Source of the DNA: Candidatus Woesearchaeota archaeon
Lineage (GTDB): Archaea > Nanobdellota > Nanobdellia > Woesearchaeales > JAHWIC01
NCBI GenBank assembly: GCA_019322485.1
Contig: JAHWIK010000015.1
Span: 23,216-87,215 of the forward strand
Length of the DNA: 64,000 bases
Direction of reading: 5' to 3'
This document shows, piece after piece, positions 35,890 through 44,558 of this stretch. Position 1 is the stretch's first letter. Each line of letters starts with the position of its first letter. The notes under the pieces were generated by a model, which was not told the DNA's origin, searched no databases, and saw nothing but the letters and a program-made list of their open reading frames with translations. Made by a program: the position numbers and the translations under genes.

Positions 35890-36923
35890 GAAGCAAAACA
35901 AAAGAAATCAGGATTGGAAAACTGAAGATTGGCGGAGATAATCCTATTGCAATACAGTCAATGACTAATACTGATACAAAAGACGAGGAAGCAACAATAA
36001 AACAGATTCATGAGCTAGAGGAGAATGGCTGCGAGATAGTTAGGGTTTCTGTTCCTGACAAGGAATCGTTGCTTTCATTAAGAGCAATAAAAGAAAACAT
36101 AAGCATTCCATTGGTTGCTGATATTCATTTTGACCATAAATTAGCTGTAGAAGCTGCAAGGATTGCAGACAAGATAAGGATTAACCCAGGAAATATTGGG
36201 AAAGAGAACCTGAAAGAGGTTGTTGATGCTGTTATGGATTCAAATATTCCGATGAGGGTGGGGATTAACCTAGGTTCTTTGGAAAAAGACATTGAGAAGA
36301 AGTTTGGCCTTACTGCATTAGGTATGGTTGAGAGCGCAATGAGGTCTGTGAAAGAGATAGAAAGGCTTGGCTTCTACAATATGGTTATTTCATTAAAGGC
36401 TTCTGATGTGTTAAAGACAATAGAAGCTTACAGATTGTTTTCACAGAGGTCACAATACCCTTTACACGTCGGTATAACCGAGTCTGGGAGCAGTTTTACA
36501 GGAACTGTTAATTCATCAGTTGGAATTGGAGCTTTATTATTGCAGGGAATTGGAGATACAATCCGCGTTTCATTATCAGCTGAGCCTGTTGAAGAGGTTA
36601 AAGTTGGCTGGCAGATTCTGAAAGCACTTAGGCTTAGGAAGAGGGGGATTGACATAACAAGCTGCCCAACGTGCGCAAGAAAAGGCATAGATGTTATCAA
36701 TATTGTCAAGGAGCTTGAGCAAAGAACCTCAAAAATGAACAAGCCTTTGCATATTGCAGTTATGGGCTGCGGTGTTAATGGTCCAGGAGAAGCTAAAGAA
36801 GCTGATATTGGTGTTGTCGGCGGAAAAGGAAATGTTTTGCTTTACAAGAATGGAATGATGGTCGGCAATATTGAGGGAGATGTTCTTGAAAGGTTGATGA
36901 AGGAGATAGAGAATTCAAAATGA
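35886..36923 (+). CDS. ispG: 4-hydroxy-3-methylbut-2-en-1-yl diphosphate synthase
   Basis: 'IGGDNPIAIQSMTNT', 'RINPGNIG', 'SCPTCAR' and 'AVMGCGVNGPGEA'. ATGA overlap with dxs. Confidence 0.9.
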   Translation: MRSKTKEIRIGKLKIGGDNPIAIQSMTNTDTKDEEATIKQIHELEENGCEIVRVSVPDKESLLSLRAIKENISIPLVADIHFDHKLAVEAARIADKIRINPGNIGKENLKEVVDAVMDSNIPMRVGINLGSLEKDIEKKFGLTALGMVESAMRSVKEIERLGFYNMVISLKASDVLKTIEAYRLFSQRSQYPLHVGITESGSSFTGTVNSSVGIGALLLQGIGDTIRVSLSAEPVEEVKVGWQILKALRLRKRGIDITSCPTCARKGIDVINIVKELEQRTSKMNKPLHIAVMGCGVNGPGEAKEADIGVVGGKGNVLLYKNGMMVGNIEGDVLERLMKEIENSK

Positions 36924-38305
36924 GCTGGAAATTAATCACATTAAAACAGTATCCGATGTTCTCGAGATGGTGGATACATGAAGCGTTTCTCCACGATATG
37001 AAAGATACTTTAGGTATGAATTTTAAAATGTACAAATCGCTCTATAGCGGGACTTATGCTGATAGTGATGAGGTTGAAAAGTTAAGGTCTATGTTAATAT
37101 CTAAACTTGAAAAAGATATTGATTCAATTAGGAAATTATGTGAGAATTGGAAACATGATTGTGATGAGCTTATTAGATTTACAAAAGAATTAGAAAAATC
37201 GGACTTCTCAAAAAACTCTGATGAGGAATTAGTTAATTTATCAGAGAATTGCATTAAAAAATTAAGAAGAAGCGCTTCATATATTTATCTGTCAGTTGTT
37301 TTGGATGAATATTTTCAGAATTGGCTGAATAAAATACTTGAAGCTAAGGTTCAGGACCAGAATGAGAGGACAAAATACTTCCAAATTCTTACATCTCCAA
37401 CAAAAAATACTAAATTAATTGACGCTAAGAAGGTATTAATTGAGATTTCTAAAGTTGTTAAAGAGAAAGGTCTTGAGGGAGCAGAGGACTTAATCAAAGA
37501 TTATGTATCTAAATTTAAATGGCTTGGATATGATACTGGAATTGGAAGTGATTTAACTATAGAACAAACAAAGGATAAGATTTCTAATATTCTTGAGCAA
37601 AAACAGCACGACTCTGATGTTAAAAATAGGGATGAGGTCTTGTCTGAGTTGGATCTCAATGAAAAAGATAAAGAATTACTTGACTTGATGGACGAACTTA
37701 TTTTCCTAAGGACTTATAGGGCTGAAAGCAATATGGTTGCAGGAGCTGATATAAGGCCTATTCTTGAAGAACTTGCAAAAAGAGCCAATACAAATTATGA
37801 TAATCTAGTTCAATTAACCATTGATGAAATAAAAGACTCAATAAAGTCAAAAAAAGTAGACTTGAAGAAGATTGAGGAGAGAAAGAATAAGTATGGCTTG
37901 TTAATGGTCGATGGAAAGAATACAATCTACAGTGGAGATGAAGTGGATAAAGTAGAGGAAAAGGTTGAAGTTCCTGAAGGATTGACAGAGTTAAAAGGAT
38001 TAGTAGCACACCATGGAAATAAGAGGGGCCATGTTAAGATTGTTTTGAGGCATAAAGACTTTGATAAGATTGAATTTGGAGATATTTTGGTAACAAAGAT
38101 GACTAATCCTGATTTTATAGTTGTTTTAGAACAGTGTTCTGGAATAATTACAGACATTGGAGGGATAACCTCTCATGCAGCGATTGTTGCACGAGAACTA
38201 AACAAGCCATGCATTACAGGAACTCAATATGCTACAAAAGTCTTGAAAGATGGTGACTTAGTTGAGCTTGATACAGATAAAGGCATTGTAAAGATAATAA
38301 AATGA
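36920..38305 (+). CDS. uncharacterised protein with a C-terminal PEP-utilising-enzyme mobile (swivel phospho-His) domain
   Basis: C-terminal 'GIITDIGGITSHAAIVARELNKPCITG'. The N-terminal ~360 aa are helical and K/E-rich, with no ATP-grasp motif I can see. ATGA overlaps on both sides. Confidence 0.7.
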   Translation: MSWKLITLKQYPMFSRWWIHEAFLHDMKDTLGMNFKMYKSLYSGTYADSDEVEKLRSMLISKLEKDIDSIRKLCENWKHDCDELIRFTKELEKSDFSKNSDEELVNLSENCIKKLRRSASYIYLSVVLDEYFQNWLNKILEAKVQDQNERTKYFQILTSPTKNTKLIDAKKVLIEISKVVKEKGLEGAEDLIKDYVSKFKWLGYDTGIGSDLTIEQTKDKISNILEQKQHDSDVKNRDEVLSELDLNEKDKELLDLMDELIFLRTYRAESNMVAGADIRPILEELAKRANTNYDNLVQLTIDEIKDSIKSKKVDLKKIEERKNKYGLLMVDGKNTIYSGDEVDKVEEKVEVPEGLTELKGLVAHHGNKRGHVKIVLRHKDFDKIEFGDILVTKMTNPDFIVVLEQCSGIITDIGGITSHAAIVARELNKPCITGTQYATKVLKDGDLVELDTDKGIVKIIK

Positions 38306-39453
38306 ACATAGCAATCATAACAGCAGCTGGAAAAGGAACAAGGATGAATGAAAAAGTCAATAAAATATTGTTATCTTTAGTCGATAAATCAATAATTGAA
38401 GAAACAATCGAGGTTTTTGAGGCGTGTAAAGATATTGATGAGATAATTATTGTTGGAAACAGCGATGATATTGAATCATTAAACAAAATCAATGAAAAAA
38501 ATAATTATAAAAAAATTAAAAAAATCATTGAAGGCGGAGAACAACGGCAGGATTCAGTGTTTAATGGAATAAAATCCATTGAAAATGCGAGTAATGATGA
38601 TATTTTATTGATTCATAATGGTGCAAACCCCCTTGTAGACGAGAAAACGATTCTTGAATGTATTAAAGAAGCAAAGGAGCATGGGGCAGCTGTTGCTGCA
38701 ATGCCTGCAAAAGATACAATAAAACAGGTTGAGAATGGTTTTGTTGCTAAAACATTGGATAGAAAGCAGCTCTGGCAGATGCAGACACCGCAAACAATCC
38801 AGTTTGGGCTTGCGAAAGAGGCTTTTGAAAAGGCATTTGCTGATAATTTCTATGGAACTGATGATGTTGGGCTTGTAGAAAGGCTTGGAAAAAAGGTTAA
38901 GATTGTTGAGTGCAATACTGAGAACGTAAAAATCACAACAAAGAATGATTTAGAACAAGCAAGACTCTTGCTTAATGCTTCTGTTGTTGGAATCGGACAG
39001 GATTCCCACAAATTTACCGACGAGAAAAAGGATTTAGTTTTGGGTGGTGTAGTAATTCCAAATGAGCAGGGCTTAGAAGCAAACTCTGATGGTGATGTCA
39101 TCCTGCATGCCTTGTTTAATGCTTTAAGCCAGGCAGCTGGAGAAAAATCATTGGGAAATTATGCAGATTCAATGTGTGAGAATGGAATAAAAGACAGCAG
39201 AGAGTATCTAAGAGTGATTTTAGACATAATCAACAAGAAAAATTACAAGATAAATAATGTTGGCTTTATGATAGAAGCAAAAAAGCCAAGGCTAGGGGCT
39301 AATGAAGACAGAATAAAAGAGAATATTGCAAATTTATTGGGAATAACTAAAGATAAAGTTGGAATAACAGCAACCTCAGGAGAGGAATTAACTCCATTTG
39401 GCCAGGGCAAGGCAATACAGGTATTTTCAGTTGCAAGCTTAACAAGAAAATAA
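38302..39453 (+). CDS. ispDF: bifunctional IspD/IspF (MEP cytidylyltransferase / MEcPP synthase)
   Basis: N-terminal 'IITAAGKGTRM' is IspD-like. C-terminal 'GIGQDSHKF...SDGDVILHAL' is IspF-like. Confidence 0.9.
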   Translation: MNIAIITAAGKGTRMNEKVNKILLSLVDKSIIEETIEVFEACKDIDEIIIVGNSDDIESLNKINEKNNYKKIKKIIEGGEQRQDSVFNGIKSIENASNDDILLIHNGANPLVDEKTILECIKEAKEHGAAVAAMPAKDTIKQVENGFVAKTLDRKQLWQMQTPQTIQFGLAKEAFEKAFADNFYGTDDVGLVERLGKKVKIVECNTENVKITTKNDLEQARLLLNASVVGIGQDSHKFTDEKKDLVLGGVVIPNEQGLEANSDGDVILHALFNALSQAAGEKSLGNYADSMCENGIKDSREYLRVILDIINKKNYKINNVGFMIEAKKPRLGANEDRIKENIANLLGITKDKVGITATSGEELTPFGQGKAIQVFSVASLTRK

Positions 39454-39474
39454 TGAAAATCAAAGATTTTCAGT

Positions 39475-40344
39475 ATGTCAAAAACCAAGGTTTTTAACAT
39501 GATCCAGCTAAAAGCACACGCAAAGATAAACCTGACCTTAGATGTACTTGCAAGGCTGGATGACGGCTATCATCGGATAGAATCTATAAAACAGCAGGTT
39601 GGTTTGCACGATAAAATCTCATTAGGGCCATTGGATGATATAAAGGTAATCTGCAGCCATCCTAACATAACCACAAAAGAAAATCTTGTCTTTAAAACAG
39701 CATTGTTGCTAAAAAATGAATTTAATGTAGCAGAGGGAGCGAAGATAACAATAGAAAAAAATATTCCATTAGCTGCTGGCTTGGCTGGAGGCTCATCAGA
39801 CGCAGCAGCAACCCTGGTAGGATTAAACAAGCTTTGGAAACTTGAGCTTGATGAGCAGGAACTGACAAAATTAGCTGCAGAGATTGGAATGGATGTTCCT
39901 TTTTCTGTTGTTGGCGGTTCTTGTTTTGCAGAGGGCAAAGGCACTAAACTAAGCAGGATAGAGCTGCCTGAGATGCATGTGCTGTTAATCAACCCTGGTT
40001 TTGAAGTCTCTACAAGAACAGCTTACCAAAGCCTTGACTTGTCAAGAACAGGAAAGGCAATGGCAACAAAGAAACTATTGGAAGTAAGGAACATGGGTGT
40101 GAGAGAAATATCAAAGGTCATGCATAATGACTTTGAAGCTGTGGTGCTGGGGAAGCATTCTATTCTGAAAGAGATAAAGGGCAAATTAATGGAGAATAAT
40201 GCCTTGAATGCAATAGTATCTGGCTCAGGGCCAACTGTTTTTGGCTTGTTTGAGGATGAATCAACTATAAGCAAGGCTTACGAATCTCTTAAAGAAACTT
40301 ATCCATTTGTATTCATGACAAAAACAGTAGCGAGGAAAGAATGA
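39475..40344 (+). CDS. ispE: 4-diphosphocytidyl-2-C-methyl-D-erythritol kinase
   Basis: 'KAHAKINLTLDV', 'PLAAGLAGGSSDAAATL' and 'SGSGPTVFG' (GHMP kinase motifs). Confidence 0.9.
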   Translation: MSKTKVFNMIQLKAHAKINLTLDVLARLDDGYHRIESIKQQVGLHDKISLGPLDDIKVICSHPNITTKENLVFKTALLLKNEFNVAEGAKITIEKNIPLAAGLAGGSSDAAATLVGLNKLWKLELDEQELTKLAAEIGMDVPFSVVGGSCFAEGKGTKLSRIELPEMHVLLINPGFEVSTRTAYQSLDLSRTGKAMATKKLLEVRNMGVREISKVMHNDFEAVVLGKHSILKEIKGKLMENNALNAIVSGSGPTVFGLFEDESTISKAYESLKETYPFVFMTKTVARKE

Positions 40345-41153
40345 GAATTAAAAAAGCAAAGCACTCTGGATTTTGTTTTGGTGTTAAGAGGGCAGTAGAG
40401 TCAGCGCTGGGCACAGAGGGGGAAGTAAAGACATTAGGCCCATTAATACATAATCCTCAGTTTATAGCAGAGCTTGAGAAAAAGGGAATAAAATCTGTTG
40501 ATTCTGTCGATGAGGTTGAAAAAGGCTCTTTGATAATAAGGGCGCATGGTGTCCCGGATTCTGTTATAGAAAAGGCCAGGGGAAAAGGGCTTAATGTAAC
40601 TGATTTAACATGTCCTTTTGTCAGGAAGGTGCATGATTATGCTAAGGAATTCTACAAACAAGGCTATAGTGTGGTTGTGGTTGGAGAGAAAAACCATCCT
40701 GAGGTTGTAGGAATAATTGGCAACATTGATGGTATTGTTGTGGGCAATGCAGATGATGCAAGGAAACTTGGCAGGTTCGAAAAGATTGGAGTGGTTGCAC
40801 AAACAACACAATCACTTGAGAACTTTAACAATGTTGTTGATGAGCTGAAAAAGCATACAGATGAGTTAAAGGTACATAATACCATATGCTCTGAAACAGA
40901 TTCAAGGCAGAAACACGCTATTGAGCTGGCAAAAGAGGTTGACTTGATGATAGTTATTGGGGGGAGAAACTCTGGAAATACCAGAAGGCTTGCCCAGCTT
41001 TGCTCTAAATTAACTGAAACAAAGCATATTGAGTCTGAGGATGAGTTAAAGGAGGGGTGGTTTGCAGGCAAGGGTTGTGTTGGGATAACAGCTGGCGCTT
41101 CAACACCGGACAGCACAATCAAGAAGATTGAGGATAGAATCAGGGAGATATGA
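40341..41153 (+). CDS. ispH: 4-hydroxy-3-methylbut-2-enyl diphosphate reductase
   Basis: 'GFCFGVKRAV', 'GPLIHNPQ', 'LTCPFVRKVH', 'NTICSET' and 'GASTP'. Confidence 0.9.
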   Translation: MRIKKAKHSGFCFGVKRAVESALGTEGEVKTLGPLIHNPQFIAELEKKGIKSVDSVDEVEKGSLIIRAHGVPDSVIEKARGKGLNVTDLTCPFVRKVHDYAKEFYKQGYSVVVVGEKNHPEVVGIIGNIDGIVVGNADDARKLGRFEKIGVVAQTTQSLENFNNVVDELKKHTDELKVHNTICSETDSRQKHAIELAKEVDLMIVIGGRNSGNTRRLAQLCSKLTETKHIESEDELKEGWFAGKGCVGITAGASTPDSTIKKIEDRIREI

Positions 41154-42246
41154 GATTATGGAATTCATACAAGCAGTAGGGCAATACAAGGGAATAGTCA
41201 ATAAGACTTTAAGCACGTTCTTTGATAATCATATCAATAAAACACAGGATGGCTTTCTAAAATTTAATTATTCTACACTTAGGGATTATGTTTTGCGGGA
41301 CGGCAAGAGATTAAGGCCAATCACACTGATAATGGCTTACAAGTCAATAACTGATAATGATGAGCAGAAGATTTACATGCCTTCTTTGAGTATGGAACTG
41401 TTCCATGCTTCCTCATTAATACATGATGATATAATGGATGAGGATGATTTAAGGAGGGGAAAAGAGAGCATGCATACCCTGTTTAACCAGTGGTTTGTTG
41501 ATAATCACGGCCAGGCAGGCTATAATGGGCCTATATTTAACCAGTTATCTACTAAGTTTGGGGTTTCTATGGCAATACTGCAGGGAAATATACTGATTGC
41601 TTTAGGTGAGTCCTGCTTGTCAGGCTCCTCATTTGCCCCGGAACAGATAAAGGCTGCTTTAATGGTGTGCAATAACACAAACAAGGTAGTTAATGAAGGC
41701 CAGATACAGGACATTGTTCTGGAGACAAAGAGGGAGTTTACTGAAAATGATTATTTGAGTATGATTGCTAAGAAAACAGGCAAATTATTCAGCACATCTC
41801 TTGAGATAGGTGCAGTATTTGCAGGTGCAACAGATTCTCAGAGAAAAGCGCTTGATAATTATGCATTATCTGCAGCAACAACATTCCAGATACAGGACGA
41901 TATAATGGACATAAGCCCTGATATGAAAAAGGGGCATGAGGTTGGCTCTGATATAAAGCAGGGAAAAAGAACCTTGCTTGTTATGAAGGCCCTGGAAAAA
42001 GGGGATGAAGGCCAAAAAAAGGTTTTGTTTGATGCTCTTGGCAATGAGAAAGCAACACCAGAAGAAATAGAGATTGCTATCGATGTTATGCACGCTACAG
42101 GGGCAGTTGATTATGCAAAGAATCTTGCAGCTGATATGATTAAGAAAGGAAAGGATGCGCTTAAGGAAGCAGACCCTGCTTTATCTTCTGATGGATTGAA
42201 GTTCTTTAATGATTTAGCAGATTATATGGTAAATAGAAATGTCTAG
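41128..42246 (+). CDS. trans-polyprenyl (GGPP-type) diphosphate synthase
   Basis: FARM 'LIHDDIMDEDDLRRG' and SARM 'FQIQDDIMD'. The true start may be the ATG at 41159 (MEFIQAV...). Confidence 0.85.
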   Translation: MRIESGRYEIMEFIQAVGQYKGIVNKTLSTFFDNHINKTQDGFLKFNYSTLRDYVLRDGKRLRPITLIMAYKSITDNDEQKIYMPSLSMELFHASSLIHDDIMDEDDLRRGKESMHTLFNQWFVDNHGQAGYNGPIFNQLSTKFGVSMAILQGNILIALGESCLSGSSFAPEQIKAALMVCNNTNKVVNEGQIQDIVLETKREFTENDYLSMIAKKTGKLFSTSLEIGAVFAGATDSQRKALDNYALSAATTFQIQDDIMDISPDMKKGHEVGSDIKQGKRTLLVMKALEKGDEGQKKVLFDALGNEKATPEEIEIAIDVMHATGAVDYAKNLAADMIKKGKDALKEADPALSSDGLKFFNDLADYMVNRNV

Positions 42247-42764
42247 GATTTGATTAGTTTCTCTAGCTTGTCCCAATTGTCTGCTGAGTTTTCTTCGCAG
42301 TTATAGGTTGCCAGCTTGACTCCTTGAGGTATGACCTTGACTTTGTATGCATGAGCTCCTTTAGAGTTTACTTTCTCATTTCTTATGCTTTTTTTAATCT
42401 CTTCAGAGCAGGCAAAGCCAATAACTCCTCTTGGCTTGTGTTTCTTTATAATCCTCTTCATGAAGTTAAGAGAAGGAACAACAAAGAATTTAGAGCCAAG
42501 GCCTTCGCTTAATTTTCTTATGTCCCCTATCTTACACAGTCCGCAGCTGATGCACTTAACCCCTTCTAATGAATCAAGCCTTGCAGGACATTTAGGATTT
42601 CTTAAGCAGTGAGGCAGAAAAACGGCTCTTTCATTCTTAGGTATTTTCCTGAAGTCTTCCTCATAATATTTGTTGATAGCATCTAGGATATCATGTTTTA
42701 TTCCTAATAGCTTTCTAAGTGGATATAACGATACTGTCAGGAAGAATTTCACTTTTTTATTCAT
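42243..42764 (-). CDS. DUF116-like Cys-rich protein
   Basis: 'FLPHCLRNPKCPA...CISCGLCKIGD' and 'VIGFACSEE'. Confidence 0.6.
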   Translation of the reverse strand: MNKKVKFFLTVSLYPLRKLLGIKHDILDAINKYYEEDFRKIPKNERAVFLPHCLRNPKCPARLDSLEGVKCISCGLCKIGDIRKLSEGLGSKFFVVPSLNFMKRIIKKHKPRGVIGFACSEEIKKSIRNEKVNSKGAHAYKVKVIPQGVKLATYNCEENSADNWDKLEKLIKS

Positions 42765-42788
42765 TTTTTTGAATAAAAATAAAAAAAT

Positions 42789-43244
42789 TTATTCTAACAA
42801 CATTCTTGCTCTTGATGGATCATATTTCCACTCAGAGGATAATTTTCCAGTTCTCTTGTAGTACTTTACAAGCCTGTTTATCTTTGACGAGGTTAACAAC
42901 AAGCCTCTTTTTGCAGTTGAGTCTCTTGTGTTTGCCTCAAGATGCTTGTGTATCTTAACTGCCCTCCTTATGAGGCTTTGCAGGTCCTCAGGCATAGCTG
43001 GCAGAATTTTCTTTTCTTTTAGAATCTGCGTAATGTCCTTTTTTGTTAACAGCTTAACATTAGGAACACCGTAAGTATCTCTTAGTGAAATGCCTATCTG
43101 GGAAGGTGTTTTGCCTTCTTTTGCCAGCCTTACAATCAATAATTCTATTTCCTTTCCTTTGTACCTTGTCCATGTGGGTGTTGTTGTCTGTAATGGTTTT
43201 TTGCTTTTAGCTTTACCTTTCCTTCTTGAATACATTCTTGCCAT
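42789..43244 (-). CDS. rps15: 30S ribosomal protein uS15 (S13e type)
   Basis: 'MARMYSRRKGKAKS', 'PSQIGISLRDTYGVP' and 'HLEANTRDSTAKRGLLL'. Confidence 0.9.
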   Translation of the reverse strand: MARMYSRRKGKAKSKKPLQTTTPTWTRYKGKEIELLIVRLAKEGKTPSQIGISLRDTYGVPNVKLLTKKDITQILKEKKILPAMPEDLQSLIRRAVKIHKHLEANTRDSTAKRGLLLTSSKINRLVKYYKRTGKLSSEWKYDPSRARMLLE

Positions 43245-43393
43245 AGTATCACCTTTAGTCTATTTTATTTGGAAACAAATGAGAATTCATTTTGTCTCCA
43301 GTATAAGCGAGCCATTATTGACCTGCTTATCTCTCGATATAATATAGGAATGATAATTGGTTTAAAAACCTTACTATATGAAGAAATAATCAA

Positions 43394-43565
43394 TAGCCCC
43401 GGGCAGATTCGAACTGCCGTCCCCGGCTGTTTTCGATGGAAATCGCAAAACTGTTGGAAATCTTTGATTTCCACCACCAAAAGCAGGGATGATTTGTCGG
43501 AAATCGGAGATTTCTGAGCAAATTGAAAATCTCCGATTTTCAATTGACCACTACACTACGGGGCT
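43394..43565 (-). tRNA. tRNA-Gln(UUG) with two introns (51 nt in the D-arm, 48 nt at 37/38)
   Basis: Hand fold gives acceptor AGCCCCG/CGGGGCU (A1-U72) and D arm GUGU-AGUGGUCAA-[intron]-UCAU. The AC stem is CCUGC/GCCGG with a U-C mismatch, and the loop is UUUUGG|A. The T arm is GGCAG-UUCGAAU-CUGCC. The mature length is 73 nt. Intron 2 forms a full hBHBh' motif. Confidence 0.7.
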
Positions 43566-43644
43566 CTAAAGCTAAGAAACTCCTCGCGAATATATAAAAG
43601 TTGTGATAAACTAAATCAAAAATTATTTATACCAGTGTTTTAGA

Positions 43645-44247
43645 TTGTTAGTCATGGCACTATTGACCAGTATGTTGGAGGCCTTGAATCAGATAGGGGC
43701 TTCTTTTACTCAGGATTATAGTTTGTGGTGGTATCTTGCACCTGTTTTTTTGCTGTGGACCCTATTGGAGCTTTATTTTGGCAAATATAAGAGGGAAAAG
43801 CTTGGTTGGAACACCTCTCTCGGTAATGGGATTACTTTAACCTGGATTAGTGTTGAGTCAATGCGTTTCCTGTTTGAAAAGCAGCCCTCAAATTTTTGGT
43901 TTAAATTTGGAATTATAATGGCAATATTGCTTTATGCAATGTTGATAGTTTATTTTGCATTCTCACATAAATTATCTGCTAAGGTCACTTATACCCTGGC
44001 AAGCCCTAGTCCGGTGTATTTTCTGAGCGCTGTTACGATTTTATGGGGCCATGGAGTTTTGATTGTGACCTGGTGGGTTCTGCTTGACCTGGTCATTATA
44101 TATATCCTCTTGGCGATTATTTTTTTAATTATCAAAAAGATTATGCCAGAGTCAACAAGGGATATGGAAGGAGAACAGCCTCCAGGGTTAGGGGGCATGG
44201 GTAAAGAGGATTTAGGTTTGAAAGATCTCAAAGATTTAAAGATCTAA
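43645..44247 (+). CDS. polytopic membrane protein, function unknown
   Basis: About 5 TM segments and a C-terminal tail 'GLGGMGKEDLGLKDLKDLKI'. Confidence 0.5.
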   Translation: MLVMALLTSMLEALNQIGASFTQDYSLWWYLAPVFLLWTLLELYFGKYKREKLGWNTSLGNGITLTWISVESMRFLFEKQPSNFWFKFGIIMAILLYAMLIVYFAFSHKLSAKVTYTLASPSPVYFLSAVTILWGHGVLIVTWWVLLDLVIIYILLAIIFLIIKKIMPESTRDMEGEQPPGLGGMGKEDLGLKDLKDLKI

Positions 44248-44255
44248 TTTTCAAC

Positions 44256-44558
44256 ATGAAAAAAATTATTTTATTTTGTTTGGTGCTTCTAGTAGTGCTA
44301 GCTGGCTGCAGGCCAAAGGAAAAGATAGTTATTGCAGACAAAACAGGAGCTATGACTAAATCTATGGGAGGGCCTTCCTTGAACTGCCAGGACAGTGACG
44401 GAGGAAATACTCCAGAAGTAAAGGGAACTGTTACAGTGACTGGAGCTGAGGAAACTGACTCCTGCCTTGGAGATTTCCTGGTAGAGTATTACTGCGAGAA
44501 TGGAAGGAAAACACATACGAATATAAGATGCGATTGTGAAGACGGCGCTTGTTCTTAG
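44256..44558 (+). CDS. small lipoprotein with a 'CxDSDGG...EYYC...DGAC' Cys module
   Basis: 'VLAGCRPKE' lipobox. 'CQDSDGGNTPEVKGTVTV..DSCLGDFLVEYYCENG...CDCEDGACS'. Confidence 0.55.
   Translation: MKKIILFCLVLLVVLAGCRPKEKIVIADKTGAMTKSMGGPSLNCQDSDGGNTPEVKGTVTVTGAEETDSCLGDFLVEYYCENGRKTHTNIRCDCEDGACS

Noticed and set aside
34178-42093. Numerous 60-150 aa antisense ORFs across the MEP operon, e.g. 35186..35605, 35322..35759, 39570..39992 and 40664..41122
   Set aside because: They are shadows of strongly supported plus-strand enzymes, with no motifs of their own.
43265-43543. Two ~85-92 aa ORFs (43265..43543 minus, 43269..43517 plus)
   Set aside because: They overlap the intron-containing tRNA-Gln gene and its long intron helices, so the tRNA interpretation is much better supported.
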